Source: Macrostomum lignano
Taxonomy: Eukaryota
Length of the DNA: 64,000 nucleotides
Direction of reading: 5' to 3'
NCBI GenBank assembly: GCA_002269645.1
Contig: NIVC01002007.1
Span: forward strand, 62,001 to 126,000
In this document: positions 12,150 through 24,878 of the stretch, piece by piece
Layout of the letters: the number at the start of each line of letters is the position of its first letter
Numbering within the stretch: position 1 is the first letter of the stretch
Notes under the pieces: generated by a model
The model's database searches: none
What the model was told of the DNA's origin: nothing
Seen by the model: only the letters and a program-made list of their open reading frames with translations
Translations under genes and position numbers: made by a program

Positions 12150-13153
12150 TTGGCGGTGCTGAGCTGCCCCGGTCTCGATGGCGGTTTCGCTGACTCAAGC
12201 GGTTGCAGGGCCTGCGGCCGCTGCTCCGCCGCTCGCTTGGCCCTTCTGGTCTCGTCCAAATCCACGTCCGAGCTGGAGCTGGCGTGCAGGTACTCGCGCA
12301 GCGCGGCCGCAAACTCCGGGTCCTGACGGCGCGGACGACTGCGACGTAGCTGCGTTTCGGAGGCCGCCCGACGGAAACTGCCGCCGCCGCCGGCAGCAGC
12401 ACTGGCGGCTCTGGCGGTGCCCGCGTCGGAAGACGCCGACGAAGCGTTCGTTGAGGAGGCGTCGGCGGCGGCGGTGGCATCCGTTTTTTCAGCTTGTTGT
12501 TGCCGATTTCCAGGAAACACTGCTGTTGTCGTCACAGCGGCCGCGGACGCCGGCCGAGGCACCGCCTGTGGATCGCTGCGTCGAGACCGGGACGACAGAA
12601 CATCGCTGAGCACCTCCGCTGGCGGATGCGGCGGTGATGGCAGCTTCGGACGCGGTGGAGCTTCTTGAAAGCCGTTCGGCTGGTGTCGGTTGGACGGCTG
12701 GCCTGACTGGGGCAGCAGCAGGCGACTCAGCGTCGAGTTGATGAGCTCAGCGTCGCGAGGTGAGTCGACGGACTGCGGCTGCTGCTGCTTGGCCAGCTGG
12801 TCCGACTGCAGCACCTTCTGCACCAGCTGGTGCCGCACCGTGTCCGTCGAGTTGCCTTCGTCTTCGTCCGCCGTGGTGACCGCTCCGCTTTTGTCGTTGT
12901 CATCGTCGTCGTTGTCATTTTCGACATCTTCTTCGATCTCTTCGTCGTAGGCCTCGATGACTTCAACGCCGTCGAGAAGACGCGGCGGTTGACGCGGCGT
13001 GTTGGCGACCTCGTTGAAGTTGTCGGGCTCGTCCTCGACCTCGAGCTGATGACGCCGCCGAGGAGTTGAGTCGCAAGGAGGCTGGAACGGCGAGTACTGA
13101 CTGGGCCGAGGCGACAGGTCGGCGAACTGGGTGAGGACGGCATCCTCGGGAAT
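12150..13153 (-). CDS. ZNF106: ZNF106-like protein, exon 3 (acidic/low-complexity region)
   Basis: Acceptor tttccag|ATT is phase 0 and continues IKQQ|IPEDAVLTQF..EEIEEDVENDNDDDD..RHQLVQKVLQ in one open frame. The 3' donor is uncertain (12150 or 12195, both phase 2 and compatible). Confidence 0.65.
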
Positions 13154-13254
13154 CTGGAAAGACTCTGCGGGATATGTGGGAAATTCCCGTCATCGCCTCG
13201 TCTGGGAGACAATTATCTTACATTATAAAATACATTAGAAAACTAACTAAATAA

Positions 13255-14805
<1,551 letters not shown>

Positions 14806-15264
14806 ATGCTATTCGAAATCCTAAATTATGTTTGACGGTAAAAAATCGAAGATTAAAATGCTGAAAAAGCGAACAAAGTGGATGCACCGATTCCCAAGTC
14901 ACCCCGTGGGCTGCTGGGATCGCCACACCATTTCAATGTATCCAAGGAGCGGAGACAAGGAAATGGTGGCGCTCTGAAACTCCGATGTGCTGGCTGTCCA
15001 AGCTGATTAATCCCCAACTCCCCTCCACCATACCGACAGTCCGTCACATGACTTTCGCGCTGACGTCATTCCGGCTGATTGTGGCGTTGATTTCTTGGGG
15101 TGGGTGGCTTTGGATATTTTCCGTTCTCGACTTCTGATTCTGTTTCCGAGAAAAGGCAGTTTCAAATCCCGTATTCCTAATGCAGGTCGGAGCTCATCAT
15201 CACAAAACCACTCCTGAGGGGTCTATGAGAATTTCCCGCAGCGAGGTTGTCCCACTTCTTGAAA

Positions 15265-15742
15265 TCTAATCTAGTTTAGTCTAGTTTTTAATCTAGTCTA
15301 GTTCAAATCAAGTCTAGTTTTTAATCTAGTCTAGTTTTTAATCTAGTATAGTTTTTAATCTAGTATAGTTTTTAATCTAGTATAGTTTTTAATCTAGTCT
15401 AGTTTTTAATCTAGTCTGGTTTTTAATCTAGTCTGGTTTTTAATCTAGTCTAGTTCGAATCTAGTCTAGTTTTTAATCTAGTCTAGTTTTTAATCTAGTC
15501 TAGTTTTTAATCTAGTCTAGTTTTTAATCTAGTCTAGTTTTTAATCTAGTATAGTTTTTAATCTAGTATAGTTTTTAATCTAGTCTAGTTTTTAATCTAG
15601 TCTAGTTTTTAATCTAGTATAGTTTTTAATCTAGTATAGTTTTTAATCTAGTATAGTTTTTAATCTAGTCTAGTTTTCAATCTAGGACCTAGTTTTTAAT
15701 CTAGACTAGTTTTTAATCTAGTCTAGTTTTTAATCTAGTCTT
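15265..15742. repeat. 17-bp minisatellite (ttttaatctagtctagt)
   Basis: Seen directly. Confidence 0.93.
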
Positions 15743-17124
15743 GAAAGTTCATGCAGCTTTCCGCAATAAATTATAGTTATCGTTTAAATTTCCGAATAAA
15801 AACAGACAACTCATTGCTTTTGTGAATAGATTATATTGCAGTCCTTACAATGGACAGCTAAAAGATGCAGTGCACTAAGTCTAAGAAAATGACAAACCAT
15901 TGTTGCTATTTGTTATTATTGAATGCACGCACACCGACGGGGGGCTGATTTTTATATTTTATAAATTTATTTGAGGCAAATTAATTAATATTGCAATTCT
16001 GCAAAAGAAAAAAATAGAAAAATCTCTTTGCCTTTTGTCCTGTCTTTGATGAATTTTGCTAAAATTTACATCATGTCTTTATCTTCTTGAGTCAATAGGT
16101 AAAATCCTTTATCCTTTAAGCAGTAAGGTTCTTAAAATTCGAAACACTTACACTTCACTTCTCTACCCCCCCACACGGCACTTTCGGCGGGTCCTGTTCT
16201 CGTAAGAGATCTTTGGTCTCGCAGTCCTCATTGTTTAGCATAACATGGTTTTTGTGGTTGGCTAATCTTGATCGGAAATTGCTGTCTGCAAGATATTGCC
16301 GCTCGAAAATGTGCACTTACAAAACACCGCATTATTTAATAAACAGATTTTTTCCGCACTGGCTATTTTGGGCATAAATAAAGCAATGAGATCTAAGGGA
16401 TTTATTTTTTTAATAGCAGCTGGTGAATAATTCATTCAGACGAGAGGGTACAGCTTTAATAACGGGGATAAGCCAACTAGAATTAAATAAGAAAATTACT
16501 TAAAATAATTTTGTAACAACAAAAAAGATTCTTAACGCTAAAAATACAGACAGGCAGAAAGTTTTGACAATTTTTATCAACTGTCTTTCATTTAAGATAT
16601 TCGTGTCTATGGAGATTGGTGTGCTTTCTCGGTCGGTTCTGTCCACAAATACTAGAATACCTAGATGGGCCACTCAGCACATTTGCGTGTAAACTACTTT
16701 CAGTTCAGTAGTAAGTTGAACAAAAGCATTTTAATGTATTTTTAAAGTCAAGGCTCATTTATTGGCTCTTACCCCCCAGCCTAGACCCTCCAACCGCGCC
16801 TTCTACACTACCCCCCCAGCCCAATTTTTATTGCCTTCCTCGGTTATTCCAGCCTAAAGCTGCCATGTACATTTCAGTGGACTGGCATAATGTACATTGT
16901 TGCTTGAACCAATTAGCAAGTTGTTTACGCCTGCAAGCTTTGGGTTCTAAACTTATCAAAGTCCTCTCAGCTGCCCTTCTTTTTATAAAATAGCTTATGT
17001 ATTCTTCTTTGCTACTTAACTGAAAGTAGAAAGCTGTTTTAAAAGTATATATACCCGAGTGGCCCATCTAGGTATTCTAGTATCTGTGGTTCTAGTTGAG
17101 CACTTGCATTGGAATGAGCTCAAG

Positions 17125-18183
17125 TTAATTGTTGTTCACCGGCTGACATCGGCTGCGCCTGGCTCTGCGAATCCGTGCGGTAGCAAGATTGTAAGCGACA
17201 AAGGTGGCGGTAGCCAGGGCGCACAGAATGTTCTTCATGGGCTTCACGATGTAGATGAGGACTGGATAGATATCAGTAGCTATTGGCACCTGTATCGCCC
17301 CAATGCAGCCAGTTATAGCCAACGGCTGGTAGAAGAAGAAGCCAACAATGAGATGCAGCAGTTTCATTTGCTGGTGAACTCGGTCTAGGTCGCGAAGGAA
17401 CCTCTGGTTCAGTTGCCGTCTACCGCCGAGAACAGTCCTGCGCAGTACTACGCTTGGCCGCTCGTTCGCGTTGCAAGTAGTCAAACAGCCGATGAAAACC
17501 AGGCCGCAGATGTTGCACCACACCACTGGTATGTACACGTTGATCCAAAGTTGGACAAAAGCAATGACCGAGTAGATTTTTTCGTAACCATCGACCACTC
17601 GGCACTCGTAGATGGTGCTGTTGCTTTCGCTGGTGACGATGCTGCTGTACATCCAGATGTAGTTCAAATTCATTGTCAGGATCACGGCGCTGGCTAGGGC
17701 GGCCCCAATTTTGAGCCGTAGCGGGCTGAAGTGCTTCAGTCCGAAGCGCAGGTCCATCGAAATGCAGCAGCGCTCCAGAGCAATCAGCATAAGCAAAGAG
17801 GTCTGCAAATCCATAGTGAGGTTCTCACCGAAATTGAGCAGCTTGCATAGCCAGGTTAGAGCGCGCAGATTGCCAACTATCTGGTTGTAGTGACGATTCA
17901 CCAGAGTGAACGCGGCTTGGTTCAGTAGGCAGGCGACGTCGATTGCGCAGCTCCAGCGCAGGAGGAGCAGACAGCCCAGTTTGTAGCGGCTGAACGTTGT
18001 CCCGTTCAGGCAGTGAATGCAGACAATAAGTAGCGCGACTGCGCAGAGATAGAGCAGCAGCATGACGCTTTGCAACTGCAGCTCTTCATCGATGCGAGAT
18101 GTCTGTGTACCCATCGGTTCGGAGTATATGCCCTGTTCAGTGACGTTCGCAACCGGCGGCCTATCACCAACTCCAGCCTTCAT
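17125..18183 (-). CDS. Intronless class A (rhodopsin-like) orphan GPCR, nested in ZNF106-like intron 2
   Basis: 352-aa ORF with about 7 hydrophobic segments, N-terminal NVT sequon, TM3-top Cys (WLCKL), LIALERC (DRY equivalent), ECL2 Cys (YECR), TM5 YIP, TM6 FFFYQP and a basic C-tail. Confidence 0.88.
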   Translation of the reverse strand: MKAGVGDRPPVANVTEQGIYSEPMGTQTSRIDEELQLQSVMLLLYLCAVALLIVCIHCLNGTTFSRYKLGCLLLLRWSCAIDVACLLNQAAFTLVNRHYNQIVGNLRALTWLCKLLNFGENLTMDLQTSLLMLIALERCCISMDLRFGLKHFSPLRLKIGAALASAVILTMNLNYIWMYSSIVTSESNSTIYECRVVDGYEKIYSVIAFVQLWINVYIPVVWCNICGLVFIGCLTTCNANERPSVVLRRTVLGGRRQLNQRFLRDLDRVHQQMKLLHLIVGFFFYQPLAITGCIGAIQVPIATDIYPVLIYIVKPMKNILCALATATFVAYNLATARIRRARRSRCQPVNNN

Positions 18184-18779
18184 TCTTGGAGCTCTGCCAG
18201 GTACTCACAGAGCGAAGAAGTTGTAGGTCTGGAGGGCGTCGGCAGTGACAATTCCGTCTTCTATTTATTGAGCATCTGCCCCGCGGATTGAGCTCCCGAT
18301 TGGCTCCGAGGTTTGCGATGTGTCTCCTACTGCTGTCTTATCAACTTCCTCCCTATGTAAAGATTGTTCCTAATAAATTATATTTACAGGAGGGCTTGCG
18401 GACATAGCCAGCACTGAGCCATTCCGCTGAATCCTGAGCACCAAACAAGGGCGCCAATACTGTACGAAGGCACGCACTCGTACACGCTCACAGCATCCCG
18501 GATTGCTAATCGTCAGACTCACTGATTCTCACTCATGGGTGTAGTTAGACAAGTGGGTGTAATCGCACGACAACACTCCAGCGAACTTTTCTTGCGAGAG
18601 TCAGACGCTCTGATCACCGAACTACTCTGTCCCGGTTCATCACGCGTTCCTAGAGCAATATTTACCTCTAAGCTTGAGTCTGTCTTGCGTTTTCGAAGCT
18701 TCTTATGGTGTCTTCTTAAGTTCATAGACACCTACGAGTAGTTCAGAAAATTCTACTGAACCACTAGGTACAGGGGTGG

Positions 18780-18925
18780 TTGAAACTCAGTGGTTAGACC
18801 GTCGGACTCACGACTGGAAGGTCGGGGTTCGATTCCCGATCTCACTGGAACAATTTACAGTGTCCTTGAGCAAGACACTTAACTCTGCATTGCTTCAGTT
18901 CACGCAGCTGTAAAATGGGTATCAG
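18780..18925 (+). mobile_element. tRNA-derived SINE with CORE-type central domain
   Basis: Degenerate A box (ctcagtggttag) and B box GGTTCGATTCCC in a T-arm-like hairpin. These are followed by gtgtccttgagcaagacacttaactc..gcttcagtt..ctgtaaaatggg, which resembles the MIR/CORE consensus as recalled. Confidence 0.75.
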
Positions 18926-19684
18926 CATTAGCTGGGGTAATTGAGGGTGTGTGGTGACCCCCCCCCCCAGTCCCTGGACTGAACAGCCATACGCAGCCTT
19001 CAGATGCGCCGCGCAATGGCTGCGGCTGAGCTGTCGGTTGCACATCTGGTCCAATTGGGACAGGTGTAATCAATTATTATACTTCTGTAATAAGAATTTT
19101 AGCAGTTACTATTGCTAATTTCTTCAGATTAAGAAGGGTAAAACAGAAAAATATTTTGTAATCCCCACTATCAAGGTTTCAGCAACCCATTTTCGACAAT
19201 GCACCTCAAGCGACTCATTTTTAAGCCATGACCTCATTCTAATAATAACTAACAGTAAAACAGCGACTCACCTTTCAGGATGGCCACTCGACGCTGAGTC
19301 AGGGCGCCTTTTTTCTCCACAAGCTGAAAGAAGTTTACGTAGAATTAATTGATTTGAGAATTTTATCAACTAATTGACTGAGCTGTGCCAAAATGCTCTT
19401 TTACGAGTATCTAAGTTAGTAAATAGGGACAACCATAGTGGTTGCATTCCTCTCTTTGGAGTCCTGTACGACCCTTGACTTGTTCACTCATAAACATGGG
19501 TTCACTGTTCGTTTAAAGTAACTCGTAAAAGCAAACACCACTGACGATGTCCGCTTTGGTAAAGGGTCGGAATACTCCGCTCCGCGGGTCACATGCGGCC
19601 CGCAAAGCCTCTCTATCCGGCCCTCAGGTCCTTCACAATAGCAATCCGGCCTGCTCAAGGTTTGTGTCTCTTCTCAGCTCCCTT

Positions 19685-19940
19685 CTTTCTAATTTCCTCT
19701 CTCTTCTCCTTTCTCTCCTCTTTTCCTCCCTTGTCCTCTCCCTTCTTCTCCCACTTCTCTCCTCTCTCCTCCCCTGTCTTCCCCTCTCCTCTCCTCTCCT
19801 CTCATCTCCTCTCCTCTCCTCTCCTCTCCCTTCTCCTCTGGCTTCTCTCCTCTTCTCCTCTCCTCTCCTCTCTTCACCTTTATTCTCTGACCTCTCCTTT
19901 CTTCTATCTCTCTTCCCTCTCCCCTCTTCCCTTCTCTGGC
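19685..19940. repeat. CT-rich low-complexity / (CTCCT)n tract
   Basis: Seen directly. Confidence 0.9.
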
Positions 19941-20373
19941 CCGCAAATCGTGCGCTAGATTCTCTATCTGACTTTTGAGGCAATTTTTTTAATGCAACTC
20001 TACCCAATCCTTATTCAGAAAATGCTCCAATTATCTGATACGCACCCTAATCTGATCCTAAAATTATGTTGTGTTTTTAATATTGCATGCTATCATGCAA
20101 AGCATGGTTAAATCTCAATTCTTGTGTCGTCGTTCAAAGTGCATTTGGGTAATGCACTTTTAAAATACATTGTACTCGATTTTACTCGTACTTCGACACC
20201 TGACCCTTGACCATTTTATTGATTTTTTTAAACTTCGATTGACAAATAACCGACGGTTGGGACTGTGCTTACTAAACGCTATGAGAATAGTTAATAATTA
20301 ATAATTTATCCCATTGCGACCGCCTATAATTCCAGTAAAAAAATGCATCAGTTTGCAATCAGTCCCCTCTCAC

Positions 20374-20838
20374 CTGCTGTTTTATGCCTTCCTCGGCCTC
20401 AATGGCCGCCCTGAGCTGCTCAATCTGCTCCAATAGGCTCCCGATACGACCATCGACCTCCTCGATGCCGGCTTCCAGCTCGTCTTCTTGAAGCGACAGC
20501 TCCAGCGCCGCCTGCATTCGCTCGACTTGCCGGCTTCGACGCGCCGAGGAAACCAAGGACGTCGGGGAGGCGGCCGCAGCACTGGAACCGTCTTCTACCG
20601 GCGCTTCGAAAGCCACGACTGGAGCCTTCGTGTGACGCTGTGGGGAAAACTGTGGAGGAGGCTGCGGCGGAGGAGGCTGCGGCGGAGGAGGCTGCTCGTC
20701 TCTGGGCGTCGGGAACTGAGTCGCAGAGTCCGACCGACGCGAGGACGGCGGCGCCGATGGAGTTGGCGGAGAGTCCGTCAGAACTGCGGCGTCGCGGAGC
20801 AGCTTGGTGAGACTGCGCTGCTGACTGGGCTGCTGTGT
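20374..20838 (-). CDS. ZNF106: ZNF106-like protein, exon 2 (Pro-rich plus conserved coiled coil)
   Basis: ALELSLQEDELEAGIEEVDGRI..EGIKQQ resembles the vertebrate ZNF106 segment LNISLREEEL...LKQQI as recalled. Acceptor gccgcag|ACA and donor CAG|GTGAGA are both phase 0. Confidence 0.75.
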
Positions 20839-20844
20839 CTGCGG

Positions 20845-21172
20845 CAGGTGAGAATGAGAGTTCAGCAGAGGTCTGGGGCAGGTGAGAATGAGAGTTCAGC
20901 AGGGGTCTGGGCCAGGTGAGAATGAGAGTTCAGCAGGGGTCTGGGGCAGGTGAGAATGAGAGTTCAGCAGGGGTCTGGGCCAGGTGAGAATGAGAGTTCA
21001 GCAGAGGTCTGGGGCAGGTGAGAATGAGAGTTCAGCAGGGGTCTGGGCCAGGTGAGAATGAGAGTTCAGCAGGGGTCTGGGGCAGGTGAGAATGAGAGTT
21101 CAGCAGGGGTCTGGGCCAGGTGAGAATGAGAGTTCAGCAGAGGTCTGGGCCAGGTGAGAATGAGAGTTCAGC
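20845..21172. repeat. 33-34-bp intronic minisatellite (caggtgagaatgagagttcagcaggggtctggg), about 10 copies
   Basis: Seen directly. It fills ZNF106-like intron 1 up to the acceptor. Confidence 0.93.
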
Positions 21173-21296
21173 ATTTTGAATTCTGATTCTGAACTGACCT
21201 GGGTCTGGGAGGCCAAAAGTTTAACAATTAAAGTAACGGAGCCAAAGTCACTCCGATGGTCAGTGCGGATTCTCAAACCTCGAATTCGCTCCTCAC

Positions 21297-22208
21297 GGTC
21301 TCCAGAGGTGTCACTGTCGTAGTTGTTGCAGCCGTCGAGGTTGCTGCTGAAGTTGACGATCCTGTGGATGCGGCGGCGGCGGCGGCGGCAGCTGCTGCTG
21401 ATGTTGGCGTTAGCAGGGAAGACGTGGCCGAAGCGGCCGAGCCGAAGGTGCGGCAGGTACTGGCGCCGCTGTCAGCTGCGGCGGCGGCGGCGGCGGCGGC
21501 ATCGGCGGCGTCGCCAACTGGCTCCGGTCGGTGTCGACGGTCTTGACGCCGCTGCTCCGGCCGGGTGTCGGGGGCAGCGCTCCCAAGGCCTGCGGTGGTG
21601 GCCGCTTGGCGCTCCTGACGGAACTGGCGGATCTTGCTGGCGGTCTCCGCCAGGAGGGCCTCCGTGCGCCGGTGCCTGTCGGCGTCTCGGCTGAGCAGCC
21701 GCCTGACCCGGTCACCACCGCCGCTGCCGCCGCTGTGGCCGACCTGCTGTCCGCCTCTGCTTCCTTGGATTCGGGGTTGAAAGTCGACACTGTGTATGGA
21801 GAGCTTGTGAAAAATGTACTTTAGAATTGCGGTATTTGAACGTATTTCCATACCTGCTCCGCGACTGCCGCTACCGCCGCCTTTGCCACTGTGCCGCCCA
21901 AAGCGACTATCATCGGAGTCGGCCAGCAGTCTGGGGCTCAGCCGCAGCTCGCTCGGGTCGGGCCGCTTGAAGCTGCTGGCACCGCTGCCGCTGCCTTCGG
22001 ACCAGTCAGTCCGACGTAGACGATGCTCCCTGTCAAGATTCTCCCTGTGGGTGTCACTCTGCAGGTGCGCCAGAAATCCGGAGTAAGTAAAGCGCATGCG
22101 GCATACGAAGCACTGCTGCGGCTGTGGGCTCGGCTGGCCGTGTTGGAACAGCGAAGCAGCTGCAGCGCCCAGCAGCATCGATGACGAGTCGCTGTCCGAG
22201 GCTGACAT
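21297..22208 (-). CDS. ZNF106: ZNF106-like protein, exon 1 (matrin/C2H2-type zinc finger)
   Basis: CFVCRMRFTYSGFLAHLQSDTHRENLD is a CxxC...H.....H finger similar to ZNF106 CRVC..SAYAKHISGQLHKDNVD as recalled. ATG at 22208, donor ACC|GTGAGG phase 0. Confidence 0.75.
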
Positions 22209-24878
22209 TTGGCGGGCCAGCCGCTGGTGTTGCTTTGCTTTTTTGAGTTGAAATTCAAAGCAGAAAAGTAAGATCGGTGATTCTGTTGCTCAAGAGAAAG
22301 AGGACAAAAAAGCCAAGATGTCTTAATTTAATCAATAATAAACGACTTTCAACTATTAAAGTTATATTTTCTTATACATTACGAGCTAAAATCATAACTG
22401 AAAACAACAATGCTGATTTTTTAAAAGACCATATTTATTTTAATTTTTTAAATATAGTCTACACATGAAGATAAAAAATGTAGAAATTGTTTGGCAACAC
22501 AATAAAATCTTTCATCACGTTTCAATTGAGTGGGTGATATCAATATTTTTTAACTTGAATGAGCTGATGAAAAAAGCCATGAACTATAAAACTTATTGTT
22601 TTGATATGCTTTAGCCTCGACTAAATGATAATATTTAGTTTTTTGACAACACAGTCAACAGAATAAAATAATAAAATAATAAAATGACTATTCTATATTA
22701 AGTTAAATTGCTTTGTATCTATTATCTTCTGTGTCAGACAGACGGAAGATAAAACAACTGGATCAAAGAAAGAAAACCGCGTTCAACAATTACATGAACA
22801 TGAAGCTTTTAAAACTTTCTTCGCTGTGCAAATTAAAAGAATGTAAGCCGGTCAAATAATATGCTGACTCTAATTTGCATATAGAATCATACTAACAAAA
22901 AATACTGAAAAAATTCTAATCAATAGCTTGTTATTTGTTACTCAGAAAGAGAAGTTTGAGACAAGCCTTTCAGGCAAAAAAAGTAAACTTTGTTTTACTT
23001 TAGGTAATGCTGCGTACAAAAATTTATCTTGAACTTTTGCACTTTTGCTATCGTCTTACTCGGTAAGACGATAAAATTAATACTTGAGCATGTTAAGCTT
23101 CAAAATTCGGTAATCGTTGCATCTCGTCGACTCCACTTCCATTGTTGTATATTGCCTCAATAGTTTAAGTGGTAAAGCTTTATTTTATTAAATGCAGTCC
23201 AAAGGCGAAGGCCCAACCTATAAAATCTGCTGCGGCTACACTTCCACAGGCACCACACTACAGTCTTGACATTGTATTATGTCCTATGATTCTTTTATGA
23301 GAAATCGATGACGGTGTCACCAACTTTTTCCATTCTACATAGGACTGCAGACGTGCAGTGCATTTAATATTTTGTTCTTAAACCTAGAGTAAGTCACAGT
23401 AAGAATACTTGTAGTTGTAGTCCCTGCTACTATGCTTCATTTTTATAAGCTAAAATGATGAAGTCCTAAGTTTCATGTTTAAAGTAAGTTAAAGATTAGG
23501 TTCTATTCTATGTAGCAGAGAGTCACAGAATAGTCTAAGCTTTAGATTTATAGTTTTATATATAGATATAGATTTATACAAGTTATATAGATAAATTCAC
23601 AGTTAGCAAGTTGAGAATTAGTCAATAATGATACTTTATATTTCCTTAATAATTATTCCTTTTTTCAATATTCTTAGTGGTTTTAATATGACCTAAGACA
23701 GGTAAATTCAAGAAAACAAAATCAAAGCATTTTTATCTGGTTTAAATTAGGGCTAGATATAGTCATAGATACAAAACATTTTTGATGGGGCAGGGGGTAC
23801 CCTATCAAACTTATAAGTTATATATATAAAGATATAATATTATTATTTAACCAATTTTTTACCTAGGATGAGAAAACTAATAGGGGCATATGCTCTTTGC
23901 ATTTCTATCTAAGTCCACCCCTGATCAAGCATCAAGGTTTTGCAAACTCTTATTTGCAAAACTATATATATAGCCCCCAAACCTTTCTATCTAGCTTATA
24001 AGTCCTCTTAATAAGTACATTATTCACCCAAAATGCTGTTTATTGTGGGGCCAGGTCCACTACACATAATTATCACAAAGTTAGGATATCTGAATGTTGA
24101 ACTTACCAATTGGGCTTGCTTTGTTGGGATGCTGTTGTGTCTGGTTTGATGATTAACAAAATTTGCTCAACCCTCAACTGTGGGTTTGGGACCTCTCTAC
24201 TTACGGTGTTCTCCAAGTATTCCCAGGGAATCCTTCATTTTCGTAAGGTTAACTAACATAGGCAGGTTCCTATATCATAGCTGTGTCTACCTACTCTCAT
24301 TAGTAGTGAAGAAGCTGGCCTCCATTTTTAAACCAAAACACTCAAAACATTACTGCTTTGTGATTCACTGTACATATTTACACCCCAATATTTGTTTTAG
24401 TTTTATCAATCATATTTATTTATATTTATTTGTTTTACTCAATACTTCAACCATTTGCTTTAAATTGACTTTATATTGATTAATTGTACCCTATTATTTG
24501 TTTTAAGTTTTTAAATGGCATCATTGTATTATTAGAAAATATTTGTTTTATTTCTCGAACAAAATACTTAATGTATCGCTCAAACTAGAAACTAAAATAA
24601 ATTAGTTGCATAAGAGCCCTCCCCAGGGCTGATGCGCAGGGCCCCTTGATAGCCCCAACTTACCAAATGAAAATGAAATATCTAGTTTATAAGTCCTTTC
24701 AAATTTTTGATAGTAATCTAACATGTTAAAGGTTTATATTTACTTTTAATTTCATTATATATTATCTTTTCTTTTCTTTTTTTCTTTTTTCTTCTTGGTT
24801 TCTCTTTTCTCTACCCTCCTTTGCCTAACTTGCTTAACTATTGTCAATAAAAATCAGTTTGGTATTTCAGCCTTTGCA

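Noticed and set aside
18775-18850. Functional tRNA gene
   Set aside because: The B box and T-arm are present, but the acceptor and anticodon stems do not pair and the sequence runs into a CORE-like domain, so a SINE fits better.
24095-24340. Minus-strand segments with two GTAAGT donors (possible small divergent gene)
   Set aside because: The implied intron is only 27 nt and the frames close quickly.
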